Positions 26,113-38,426 of a stretch of DNA of 64,000 nucleotides are shown piece after piece. Position 1 is the first letter of the stretch. Every line of letters begins with the position of its first letter. Made by a program: the position numbers and the translations under genes. Below the pieces are notes generated by a model. The model saw only the letters and a list, made by a program, of their open reading frames with translations. It was not told the origin of the DNA and ran no database searches. The DNA comes from Antedon mediterranea (lineage: Eukaryota; Animalia; Echinodermata): the NCBI RefSeq assembly GCF_964355755.1, contig NC_092677.1, positions 19,676,101 to 19,740,100 on the forward strand, written 5' to 3'.

Positions 26113-27831
26113 AGATAACGATTAAAGCGAATTTAGGTTAAAAGATTCTCCCCGAAGGTTGTTTCCTACATTATAAATAAATAGTATGTTATTTTGGACT
26201 TTTGGTCCCATTTCTTTTCGTACCCAACTTTATTTAGGCTAGGATTTATAAATATCATGTGCCTATTAAAGATGGGCACAATTATATTCAACTACATACA
26301 TACATGGCTGTATTGTGTGTGGAGTACCTTGGGTTAACTTTTACAATATCAAGTTATGTACGTCGAAGTATATCTGAGAACCATCCGTGGGAACGTAATA
26401 AATTAAGGTTTTTTCGGAGTTGAAAAGACTGATCTTCAATATTTGCGTGTGTATGATACGAATGCAGTTATTATTTATTATGTGTTTGCTATTTTCTGCT
26501 CGCGCACACGATAATACTACGTCAAGGTAAATTAATTTGAGGTAATTTATATCATTATCTTTTAATTTGCAGTTGCTAAGTCGTTGACTTATTATTGTCA
26601 GTTCCAAATCGATGTTTGGTGTTGCGCCCGTGCACTAAATTTGACTTGAATTTAACTTCATTTTTTGTTTAAATTTTGTGGGCGAAGAATTCTTATTTTA
26701 GTTTACATTTGTGGATGTTGTGCTTCCACAATTGTACTTGTTTTTATATTTGTGGTTGTTTTCACATTTCTGGGTTCCCACTTGCACATTGTCGTTTATT
26801 TGCAGTGCTAAACAATACATTCTGCTGATATTGACAGTGTAAAAAATAAAATATGTCCATAAACATTTTGAGTGTCAAAAAATGCATTACAGCCCTCACG
26901 GGGACACAACATTTTTGTAATTTTGTAGGATATTTAAAAAAACGTTTAAGTTACTGGGCTTTGTCATCTCCCCCTTTTTTTTTAATCGTACCATGTTAAA
27001 CTTATTTAATTTCAACAAACGCATTTTAAACTGATTTATATATTTGTACCATTATGATGAATAACAAAAACATTGTATGGCGTCTACAAAGAGAAATGTT
27101 GTAATCGTACTACTTCTGCCTAACATTATCAAATAGTTCGGTAAAATCTAATACTACATTATTTTAATTTATGCCTACATAATTAATTAATCATATATGC
27201 AGGTAGCCTAACATCTAAAAACGCATAAAGTGGAAGTGTATCAATGTAAAAGAAGAAGCGTATCACTGAAAAGAGTGGTGGTATATAATCCAAAAAGTTC
27301 AAGTAGGCCTACAGTAGTATATAGCATGTAAAACCTATTAGCTGCTCAGCATATCCTGTTCATATCAAGTACGTGTATTGTTCGAAATTCTCTTCTCTTC
27401 GTGTTAAAAGTGCGGTCAACCGATTCAATACCGTAAATCCGTACTGTTGATGTTTGGTGATGCGGACGCTGATGTGTAAACCTGGAATCTGTTGAAATAG
27501 AAATACAGGTTTGTGATGTCACAAACGTAAACAGTGGGTGCGGCTGTGTCTTCACTATGGAATGCATATTCCTAGTGCAGTAGATATTCGGAGAATATTT
27601 AAAAGAATGTGATAGTAGGAGGTCAATTACAGTGTAGCAGTAGGACCCAATAACATATTTATAGTAACAACAGTATTATATGCATATAATTAATATAATT
27701 TTACTGTGCATTAATTTTTAAATCACTATCTCTCTATCTATACGTAGACACGTAGACACAGACCGGAAGATTAACAGTTCGGCTAAACTACTTTATTCTA
27801 AAGTACAATTTTAGTCCTACCTAGACATTTT

Positions 27832-28167
27832 TTAAGCGCGTGCAATAGACTCTCCAGCTCCAAGTGGCGTTTGAACTTGCATCTCCTGAGCTTCTTGCAC
27901 AAGTGCACAAATGGCACAGCAACATACAGCAAACAAATCCCCAACTATTCCACCTTCGATGCCTTTATTTTCCCTTACTTTCTGCCTTGTCGTTAACCTG
28001 GCGTAGATGTTTACAAACGGGACGAAAAGAGAAAGACCACAGAGAAGACAGTCATCCCCAAGAGATTCCGCAAGCTTTCCTTGTGTGTAACATGGCACAA
28101 CGTATGTAAAAATACACATACCAATGTTGCCAAAACAACCGAAAAGCCCATTTTGAAATTCGCCCAT
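27832..28167 (-). CDS. PLAC8/cornifelin (DUF614) family cysteine-rich protein, 111 aa, single coding exon
   Basis: MGEFQNGLFGCFGNIGMCIFTYVVPCYTQGK...RQKVRENKGIEGGIVGDLFAVCCCAICALVQEAQEM carries the PLAC8 hallmarks (GLxGCF, PC, R..IR...IxG...D, CxxCAxxQE). First ATG at 28167. Confidence 0.92.
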   Translation of the reverse strand: MGEFQNGLFGCFGNIGMCIFTYVVPCYTQGKLAESLGDDCLLCGLSLFVPFVNIYARLTTRQKVRENKGIEGGIVGDLFAVCCCAICALVQEAQEMQVQTPLGAGESIARA

Positions 28168-28330
28168 GATGTCAGAAAATCTATTCGAAGACGGCAAAAA
28201 TACAGCTGAATAAGATAATTATTTCGTATACACTCCACTATCACTCTCCGTATCGGTACTAGCTTTATGAACAATGGGCGTTGACTCTTCCGTGTAGTGC
28301 AATTTGTATATGACCCTGGGCCACTCACAA

Positions 28331-28360
28331 CCAATCAAGTTCATTTGTTATTTGACGTCA
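28331..28360. promoter_or_regulatory. Candidate proximal promoter motifs for the PLAC8-like gene (CCAAT and palindromic CRE TGACGTCA)
   Basis: ccaat at 28331-28335 and tgacgtca at 28353-28360, ~170-190 bp upstream of the ATG. Motif match only. Confidence 0.3.
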
Positions 28361-29089
28361 TACAATATAATATATGCTTCAAACGGTTTCTATAGTAACA
28401 GAGGTTATCATGCGGTTACTAAAAGAACCTTTTTTTACTGTACCAAGATTTTTACATCACTAAAAAAAATAGTTTTATTCATATTGTTTATTTTTAATCA
28501 CATTTTCATTTCAAAAATATAAAAACCTTAGACTAGAGCATTTATTGAAAAATTTACCCTGTCTCCTCACTTATCTACACTTACTATATTTACAAAATAT
28601 TTATATTTTTTATTTAATTTTTACTATACGAAATTATAATATAATATACCGTACTTCAGCGTTATCACGAATGCCCACAAATGATTTTAAAAAAAGACCT
28701 TTTCGCCCGCATATGTAAAAAAAAATGAAATTCATTTAGTAAGTTACTAGAACCAAGCTTGGTATTTACGAGTGTTGTATTTATATACTGTACTTATACA
28801 TTATATTGAGTTGCTTCAACATTGCGTCCCGTGTCCAAGATGCTTATTGCTGCTCAAATAACTTTGCTTTAATGTACGTACAGTTCGTGTTGACATGCTG
28901 TTTGTTACGCGCGTTCAGGTTTCTTCGAGGTCATATACCATTGCTACTTGTAGTCATAAATTATATACAGTACCATTGCATGCCACTTGCCGTGTGTGGA
29001 TATTAAACTAATTGGCTGACTATATATACTATAATTTTTATATAAACATATTTTTACAGGATGACAATATCAACGTTGTCCCACAAATA

Positions 29090-30932
29090 ACCGGCAGCCC
29101 AGAGACATTTGGTTAGATGAGCTAGAGGTACCAATATCTGACTATTTAAGTGTGTTGGGGGTCACTTGAAGTCAATGAAAATGGGAGTCTGCCGGGTACC
29201 CCCTGCTGCGTCTAGACCCATGGGACCCCGAAAGGTGCTAAAAAATCGGCCCTGGTTAGATGAGCGAGATACCACCTAATTTTACCACCATGGGATGCCC
29301 ATCCTTATACCAGTATCACAAACGACAGACTTTTTGTCTGCTGCAATAGGCCCGCCAGACCCCCCGAGGGATCGGAGGGCCTAAAATAGATAGCATAGAT
29401 GAGTGAGGTACCACTCAAATGCCAAATGAACAAGTTGTGTTCATACAACATAAAATGGATAACAACAAACTAATTGTCTGCTGTACCGCAAGTGCCAGAC
29501 ACCCTAAAGTTAGACTAGAGAACCCCCTTCCCCCAACTAACCCAGCTTAGATATTGTAGATACCACCAGCAACCAGTGTTATATGATTTAGCACATTGTA
29601 AGTAATACCAAATGACCTATTACAGACTATCTGTACACTGCCTTGGCCCGGCATACCCCTCTAAAGTTCGACTAGAGACCCCATTTACCCCAAGTATAGC
29701 CTAACTTAGATATTGTAGATAACACCAGCAGCCAATGTTCTATGATTTAGCACATTGTAAGCAATACCAAATGACCTATTACCGACTATCTGTACACTGC
29801 TGCCTTGGCCCTGGCATGCCCCTCTAAAGTTCGACTAGAGACCCCATTTACCCCAAGTATAGCCTACCTTAGATATTGTAGATAACACCAGCAGCAAAAA
29901 AAAAAACCCCCAAAACAACATGTTTAATTGAATAAAGTTTAACTTTAATCGAACTAACACAAAACAATTGAAAATATATCAATCAATGACGATAAAATGA
30001 CCATTACCATTCTAAAGGGAAAAATAGTTTAAGAGTTTCACTTAAAACTTATATAAGCCAAATATATAACAAGTAGGGATTCGAGTAAATTTAGCATTCC
30101 TGCTAGATTTGTGAGGATCTGGAATTCCTTGCCTTTGGATGTCAAAGATATATTCGTCTGTAACTCTTGGACCTAGTAATCACCTTAATCAAATTCATGA
30201 TTGTAGTAACTTAATCTAAAGTGATTTGATTAATTAATAGTGGGTAATTTTAAATGCTGTATATTATAATCCTAATCCTGTATTCATATTAATATATATA
30301 AATCCAAAGGCAAGTATAGCCTACCTTAGATATTGTAGAAAACATCAGCAGCAAAAAAAAAAAGACCCAAAACAACATGTTTAATTGAATAAGTTTAACT
30401 TTAATCGAACTAACACAAAAAAATTGAAAATATATCACATCAATGACGATAAAATGACCATTATCATTATAAAGGGAAAAATAGTTTTAGTTTTAGTTTA
30501 GTTTTTAGTTTAGTTATACTTAAACAAAATTAGTATAATCTTTTATAATAAGCATTGGGCTACAGTACTTGTTGAAAATATATTAATATACTCTTCTAAT
30601 ATAAGAATTTGGCTACAACTACAGTTTTTACTAACAAATTGTTAATGTACATTATAAATATAAATCAGTTGCACTGATGAAGGGCTAGTGTTGCCCGAAA
30701 GCTCTGCTAACTTTTCTGGCTGTTTTACTTTATCGTTTTGATTTAGCTTTTCGGGGTTTTTTTTCATTGAGATCCAGCCACTAGCACATTTCGTGGTCCC
30801 CTGGGTCTAGACGCAGCAGGGGGTACCCGGCAGACTCCCATTTTCATTGACTTCAAGTGACCCCCCCAACACACTTAAATAGTCAGATATTGGTACCTAG
30901 CTCATCTAACCAAATGTCTCTGGGCTGCCGGT
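29090..30932. mobile_element. Non-autonomous DNA element with ~140-bp TIRs and internal tandem modules
   Basis: accggcagcccagagacatttggttagatgagc...gacccatgggacc (29090-29228) is mirrored at 30795-30932. Internal ~160-bp repeats at ~29515, 29672 and 29834, and a duplication at 29855-30030 / 30312-30485. Confidence 0.8.
30666..30712 (+). ncRNA. Minimal type I hammerhead ribozyme motif (Penelope-like element type)
   Basis: agttgca-CTGATGA-a-GGGC(tagtgtt)GCCC-GAAA-GCTC-tgc(t)aact: intact core boxes, 4-bp helix II, palindromic loopless helix III (AGCU) and helix I gca/tgc extended by agtt/aact. Confidence 0.7.
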
Positions 30933-31106
30933 CTTTAAAAGGAGACATTGTTGTTTTTCAAAAGGTCCAGCATAAAACATAACAACATACATGATTATAT
31001 AAATACATCGTTTCTTAAAAATAGTAAAAAATGTTAAAATTAAACAGTAATAATACTAAAATGTGAGAACCATACATTAAAAATACAAAATTATGATTAT
31101 TATATA

Positions 31107-31150
<44 letters not shown>

Positions 31151-31159
31151 GATAAAGTA

Positions 31160-31425
31160 ACTAGATCAACTTGTATGCACTTTGAGGTCGAGTCCAGAGA
31201 ATTTGAATTCAGAAATTGGTTAAGACATTTAACATTCATTTTTGGCTTGGTTACACATTTTGAAAATGTTGCAAAATGTCAAAGAAGGTCAGGGAGAAAG
31301 GTTACACGACACAATAGCTGGTCCCTAAATCTCGACAACCACTGGTCACAGCGAGATAATGCTGGTCTCAAATTAATCAAATGTATCATTTATATTCATC
31401 ATAGTCCGGCAGCCAAGGGGTTTAA
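31160..31425 (+). mobile_element. Partial arm of the 38427-41477 foldback family
   Basis: tagatcaacttgtatgcactttgaggtc...agagaatttgaattcagaaattgg...caaccactggtcacagcgag matches the family arm. Confidence 0.7.
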
Positions 31426-31663
31426 CCTTGCAATGTTTTATATAGTTTTTTTTATGAAACTTGATTCTCGATACCATCAGAATGAAGAATTTTGTTACTG
31501 CGCTATTTACTAGACATATTGATTTAATTTTGGTGTCAAATTGTTTACAATGTATATGTTTATATTAGCTCTAACAGAAATGTGTTGGTAAAATCGGAAA
31601 CTCGATTTTTTGCAATTTTAACCTTTGACCTCGGCATATCTAATTAACGGCAGGTCGGAGAAA

Positions 31664-32012
31664 ATATACGGCCTTACCACGTTGAAACGCCGGTTCTCGT
31701 CAGATCACCGAAGTTAAGCAAGGTTGGGCCCAGTTACAGCTTGGATGGGAGACCATCTGAGAATAGCGGATGCTGTATATGGAGCTATACCTATTAGGCA
31801 TTTTAAATCAGCACTGCTGACTCTTATGGCAGTCCCTGCATCTAGTATCTGGCTCTTATGCTGGTTAAGGTGGACACTGGACGAGAGAAGCCCTTGGTCA
31901 ATGTTGGGACCAGCCAAAGGTGCTTTAAACAGTCCTGGCTTAGTTCAGATGAATGTAAGACCACTTAATATTGTCGTTTACGACAGAAGTCGGCCAAAAA
32001 AAACCAAAAGAA
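31664..32012 (+). mobile_element. 5S rRNA-derived retroposon (SINE3-like): full-length diverged 5S head (31664-31780), ~225-nt body and A-rich tail
   Basis: The head atatacggccttaccacgttgaaacgccggttctcgtcagatcaccgaagttaagcaagg...cttggatgggagacc...gatgctgtatat aligns end to end with metazoan 5S rRNA. Tail caaaaaaaaccaaaagaaaa. Possible TSD agaaaat (31659-31665 / 32009-32015). Confidence 0.75.
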
Positions 32013-32559
32013 AATGACCAGTGTGGTTATTGACCTTTGACATAAATTAATAAATTTATTCTATATTTTGATAATATAAATCAATAAATAGTTAATAAAT
32101 ATTAATTGTAGTAGGGAGCCAATTGAGTGCAACACTTTGGTACTGTATAGCCTATAAAGCCCACATCGAAAATAATTATGTACAGGAAAGGGTGCCTTCT
32201 CCTTATGAAGGAACCTATAAAGTTTTTTCGAATAATCTCACATGCCATATGGGATCCTTATGGGATCGGATTTTTTTTTGTTCTCTATGAGCCATACCGG
32301 CTCTGTAATGGAAACACTTGGTCCTGATAGGCTGGCCAAAACAGGAAAAAGTTGCCTGTACACACAGGATTCTAAAAAATGTGCCTCTTTATTAGCTTGT
32401 CAAATGATTTGGTCCTAGTGACACGTGCCGCAGTATTCTGAATCAGTTGTAATTTTGTTATTTCAGATTTTGGTAGCCCGGGCGTACGGATGGAATTGCA
32501 TGAATCCAACCTTGATGTTATAGGCATTTACTAATCTTTTAGTACTCTTTGTTGCCGAG

Positions 32560-33960
32560 ATGTTTCCTAATGCTTACTACCTATCATGAGAATGCTTTTT
32601 TAAAACCATACACAAGTCTACGTGACTACTTCTAAGGAAGCTCTTATCCTCATACTTTGATTGAAAATGAATAAAATCAGTCTTGGATTCTTTCAAAGCC
32701 AGATAGTTTGAAGACGCCTGCGTACAGCAGAACACTACATCCATGTGATTTTATAATATCTTCAACAGGAGATGTGTACAGCACATACGATAATGATTTA
32801 AGCACAGAACCTTGGGGAACACCCCAAGGATAGTGCCTACTGAGACGATGTATCCTGAATAGTTTTGGAGAACGGACAGTCACATAGTACGATTTAAACC
32901 AATCTAAGATCGTGCCACTAACTCCGAACAGGGATAAAAGACGGGTCAAATGTATGCTGTGGTCAACATTATCAAATGTACTAGAGAATTAAGGAGTGCC
33001 AACAGGACTTCCTATTGATTATTAAGAGTATTCTGACTGGAAAATGCTGTGCTCTCAAAGATAAATGATTGGAAAGCTGGAATGAATGAATGAATGAACA
33101 TTCTTTGAAGACACTTTGAGAGAAAAGGTAGGGTGGTATTTGGAAAAGCAGTTATGGTCGAGACTAGACTTTTTCAATATAGGAGTAATAAATATTAGTC
33201 TTTTTAAATAAGCTGGTACAACTCCAGTCGACAACAACGAGGTGTTATCTGTTTAATATTGTTTGATAGAAAATGAATGTTGCTTGATTAATTTTGTGGG
33301 GATTGGATCAATACAACAGGATTTATCAGGAGCATATTTGAGCAAATTAAAAATCAGCAACATAAACTGGTTCGAAGATGTCAAATGGTGGAATGGGTGT
33401 CGGACGTACTGTTATATATCAGCCTAAGACAACGGTCTTTAATCTGATTCCGTATCTGGTCAATTTTCTGAAAAAGGAAATATAAAACTCTACGCAAGAT
33501 CTATTGGATTATCTTGATGTGGAAATAAGACTAGAGGATTTAAAGAAGTAAGATCATTCATTAGCTTAAACAGATTCTTATAAGGACAGTTTACAACCAA
33601 ATCAGTATCTTATATTCAGTAAGCCGAAATCAAATTCCAAACACCTACTCAAATAAAGATCTTTATCCAACTGCAACACAGATTTGCGGAACTTACGTTA
33701 ATTGACGTAGCTAATCTGTAAACCAAGAAGCTGTTGGTCGTCGAAGAACAACTTCATCTTTTAAGATAAGAGATCAAGAGTATAAAAGTGTATGAGAAGG
33801 TCCAGTAATCATTGGATGAGCTAGAGAGGTGTAATGAAATCCACAAATGATTGAGCAATGGCATCAGATTTATAGTAAAAGTGAACATTGAAATCTCCCA
33901 TGACAGTTTTGATGAATGGTATAATGTCAGATTCTCAATAAGCAGTGAAAATCCCAAATG
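32560..33960 (-). mobile_element. Highly degenerate L2/CR1-type LINE fragment
   Basis: Remnant motifs FGVSGTILDWFKSY, GVPQGSVL and ITPILKKSSLD in broken frames. Confidence 0.75.
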
Positions 33961-34081
33961 AACATGATATCTGAACAGTAAGTTCGTTTTGAGGCAGATT
34001 TATGCTCTCAACAGAAAAGCTTCTCTCATATTTTATATTTTTACAACCTATTCAGTTTATTACAATTTTAACTTATTTTAA

Positions 34082-34567
34082 AGATGTATTGTCCCTTGAA
34101 ACACAAAAAATAAAAAAATAAATATTCTAAATTTAAATTGGCCATATCAAAGTAATATTAAAGTTATTCACTTTAAGTCGAAAATTCGAGCAAAAAACAA
34201 CAGTTAACAGGTAAATTAATTAGATTACATTTCGTCTGAGAAATCGTCACAAGCGAAAGTAAACAAAGATTTCAAACAATGAGTATGCATTATGCATGAT
34301 GCTAATTAGGATTGTTTACAACTCATCACGGTTGAGAAGGTGTTTTCACACAGATCGCGAGGAAGTTTTATGATTATGCATACAGAGTAGCCAAACAAGC
34401 GCATTGCATTATGGGATATGTTTTGATTGAAAAAATTTTTTGAACAAAAAAACATCTGTATTTCGGTTAAATAATTTTTTTTGGACTAATTTTTGGTGAA
34501 AGTTAATAACTATTATGATACTTCAAAATGACCCACTTTTTTTCGAAATAAAAGGGACAATACATCT
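34082..34567. mobile_element. Kolobok-type MITE (TTAA TSD)
   Basis: TTAA|agatgtattgtccc ... gggacaatacatct|TTAA, a perfect 14-bp TIR. Confidence 0.85.
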
Positions 34568-34635
34568 TTAACAAAAGTTACTAAATAATTTGGTAAATTT
34601 TGATTAAAAAAACAAAAATAACTGCAAAATAACTT

Positions 34636-37531
34636 GTCAGTTTCCACGGGAAGTCAAGTTAAGGAAAAGGGGTAAAGGTGGAGGTATTCGAAAGCGCCTT
34701 AGAAAACGTAAGTCTAAACCTCCACTTCCATCGATGATTTTAGGAAATGTGAGATCTCTGTCAAATAAAATCGACGAACTCCGAGCATGTTCTAAACACA
34801 TGTTTGAATACAGAGAAGCTTCAGTGATGTGTTTCATAGAGACATGGCTTAATAATAATATTATTGACAGCGAATTAGTACTAAGTAATTTTGAATTAGC
34901 TAGAGCGGATAGAACTGTAGAGTCGGGGAAAAAACGAGGAGGAGGAGTATGCTTTTATATAAATAAAGCATGGTGTAGTAACTGGAGGATACGTGAACAA
35001 CTCTGTACGCCGGATATAGAATTACTGACCATAAGTGCAAGACCCTTCTATCTACCACGAGAATTTTTTCTAATTTTTCTTACAGTGTGCTACATACACC
35101 CAAATGCAAATATTGATAATGCGAGTGAGACTATTTCCAGTACTGTTCACCGGTATGAAACAATGGCACCGGACGCTCCACAAATAATTCTAGGAGACTT
35201 CAACAAATGCACTTTGAAGGATGTGCTACCTACTTATGAACAAGCAATCTCTGTAGAAACAAGAGGCAGTGCTACACTGGACTTATGCTACTGCAATGTG
35301 AAAAATGCATACACAAGCAAAATCTGTTCAAAACTTGGAAATTCTGATCATAACAATATACATATTATGCCAAAATACAAGACAAAATTAAAACAGTCAA
35401 AACCAGTAGTTATACAACAGCAGTTGTGGAGTACAGAGGTGGTTGAAAAGTTGCGTGGCTGTCTAGCATGTACTGATTGGGATATTATGCTCGATGTTGA
35501 TGATACTCTTGATGTAAGGGTATCTACAATCTCAGCATACATATCCTTTTGTGTTGATATGGTTATACCTAAAGTAACAAAAAAGATATATGCAAATGAA
35601 AAACCATGGATCTCTAACCAACTAAGGAAACTGTTACAAGATAAGCGTATAGCGCATAGAGGAAAAGATACTCCTAAAGTCAAGGAAATTCAAAAGGAAA
35701 TAAACAAGTGTATAAAAAATAGTAAACTGAAATACAAAAAAACACTAGAAAATAAATTTAAAGACAAAAATCCTAAAGCGGCATGGAAAGCAATTAAAAC
35801 ACTAACCGGCTACAAAGAAACCATATTGCGTGTACGTACATGGAAGTGAGAACTTCGCTAATGACTTAAACAACTTTTTCTGTCGTTTTGAATCCGAGAT
35901 ATTAGTTACCAAAAATGAAAATGAAGACACAGAAATCCGCGAAAATGAGACTTCATTAGTAAACAATGCAGTCATAAATGTAGTTGATGTGCGTAATGTA
36001 TTCGCCAAAGTAAAGCCTGGTAAAAGTACTGGCCCTGATGGAATTGGAAATCGTGTTATTAAATACTGCAACCAAGAGTTGGCACCGATATATACCAAAC
36101 TTTTTAATGAGAGTTTAGCAAGTGGTACAGTGCCCAATCAATGGAAAACAGCCTGTATCTCACCTATTCCTAAAATAAAAAATCCCAAGGAACTTAATGA
36201 CTATAGGCCAATAGCTATCACATCCAATGTTGGTAAGTGCCTAGAAAAGATTGTACTTAGGCAGTTGCTTGATCAGACCAAATTGTTTCTCGATCCTCTC
36301 CAATTTGCCTATCAGAGTAATAGAAGTGTTGAAGATGCTGTGCTCTTCCACTTACATAATATTTACCAACATTTAGATGTGCCTAAATCATATGTAAGAT
36401 GTTTGTATATAGATTTTTCTAGTGCTTTTAATACCGTTGAACCTGGTTCATTAGTACGCAAACTTAAAGAAATGAACGTAAACGACACATTGACTTCATG
36501 GATATATAATTTCTTAACAAAAAGGTTCCAGTATGTTAAACTAAACGGTATTTTATCTGATAAAAGAACTGTTAGCATTGGCACGCCACAAGGGTCTGTT
36601 ATCTCCCCAATGTTGTTTTCACTGTTCACCAGCAGTTTCAGAGCCAATTCAAATGAATGTTGTATAGTAAAATATGCCGATGACACAGTCATCACTGGAT
36701 ACATTACTGGCAATGATGAAACAAGCTATAGACAACTAGGATGTGATTTTTATCACTGGTGCTGCAATAACAACCTGAAACTAAACATAAAGAAAACAAA
36801 AGAAATGCAAATTGATTTTAGGAAAATTAAAGAACCCTTAGAACCTCTGATTATAAATGAAAATGAGATTGAAGTAGTAAATGAGTACAAATATCTGGGT
36901 TGTATAATTGACAATAAGCTAAATTGGATAAATAATGTAAATAAAGCCACATGCAAAGCCAACCAAAGGATGTTTATTTTAAGAAAAATGAAGTACCTAC
37001 AAATTGACAAAACTATACTTAAATTGTTTTATAACTCTGTAATTCTCAGTGTAATACTTTTTTGTAATGTTTGTTTTTATGGTAATACAATGCAAAAAGA
37101 TAAAATTAAACTTAATCGAATAGGAAATAGAGCAATTAGACTAGTAGGAGAGCACTTACCTGATGTTGAATCCTTGTATAAAGAAAATGTGTTAAAAAAA
37201 GTAAAAAGTATCATTGATGATGAAACACATCCTCTTCACAAACAATTTGCTCTCATGAATTCTGGCATAAGACTACGTGCACTTAATACCAAAACAAAAC
37301 GGTTTAGGTGCTCGTTTGTACCTAATGCTATACACTTATATAACTCCAGAGTACAAAGGTAAAATGTAACCGATAATTTTTATCTAATTTTAACAATTTT
37401 TAGTCTCTTAACTTTTTGTGTGTTTTTTTGTAAATTGTATTTTATATTTTTGTGTTTTGCCAGTTTTCAAATCACATTTCTGTTTTTTAAATGGACAATA
37501 AAGTATATATGACTATATGACTATGACTATG
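34636..37531 (+). mobile_element. Near full-length Rex1/Babar-clade LINE: APE endonuclease (34734-35849) plus RT (35830-37362), one frameshift
   Basis: Basic leader RKRGKGGGIRKRLRKRKSKPPLPS. EN motifs GNVRSL, ETWL, RADR...GGGVCFYIN, RPFYLPREF, GDFN and SDH. RT motifs DFSSAFNT, GTPQGSVISP and KYADD. aataaa and (gactat)n tail. Confidence 0.93.
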
Positions 37532-37867
37532 AAAAGTTCCCTGTTTTAGAAGTACGACTCCGCCTAAAAATTCTAAGTCGAATTTTTATGAAAGTCCCAA
37601 TTCTTTCCTATACATTACTAAGGAATTTTTGTTTGTAAGTCGAATTTTTCTAAGTTGAAATTCGTCTAAGTCGACGTATTTTTGGGGTACGAATACACAC
37701 ATTCTTTAGTGATTTATATTGTATAAGTCACAAATCACGCGGCAACAACACGCTAAAAAAAACCGACGAAACGTACGTAATTCGATAAACAGACAGAGGT
37801 GATAATGTGGGACCATCGGTTCTTTCAAGCAGGTTGTATAGCATAGGCGGCGTCCAATAACTCGCGC

Positions 37868-38068
37868 TATTATACAGATATTGCCTGCTTAGAGGTGAAA
37901 TATAAGATTTGACATCCCCGAGGGAATGATATTATGTTCGAGGGAATATATATATCCCGAAGCGGCAGCTAAAGAGGGATATATATAATTCCCCGAGAAC
38001 ATATATATCATTCCCGAGAGATGTCAAATCTTATATTTCCCGATATAAAAGGCGATATCTGTTATATT
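37868..38068. repeat. ~200-bp palindromic (hairpin) element
   Basis: gaaatataagatttgacatc...gggaatgata...tatatatccc-[gaagcggcagctaaaga]-gggatatata...tatcattccc...gatgtcaaatcttatatttc. Confidence 0.8.
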
Positions 38069-38426
38069 ACATAGCCAACAACAAATAGAATATCTGTTGT
38101 GTCGGGTAGCTAGCCTAGGCCTCCTTTTTGTACTGTATGTAAACAAACCTGCCTAGACACCTACCTTGCGAAGAATAATACAGATAATTAATAATTAATG
38201 ATTCCTTGGCAATAAAATATTCACTAGCCTAGGTCGTTTAAATAATAACGGAAGAATTTCCACCAATAAGCCTACATTAATAATAATATTATTATCAGGT
38301 AGGCCGAATATCACCGGATGTTCGCCGCGTCGTGCGTAACTAACTACTACCGTGAGTATAACAAATCACAAACGGTCTTTCATCACATCTAGGGCAGGTA
38401 GGCCTAATAACAAATGAGAGCGCCAT

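Noticed and set aside
28168-28197. Upstream non-ATG start for the PLAC8-like ORF given by the ORF track
   Set aside because: This is a eukaryotic locus, and the first ATG at 28167 matches the family N-terminus.
31664-31780. Bona fide 5S rRNA gene
   Set aside because: It is solitary and substantially diverged, lacks an oligo-T terminator immediately after the mature end, and continues into a body, A-tail and likely TSD. Treated as a 5S-derived retroposon.
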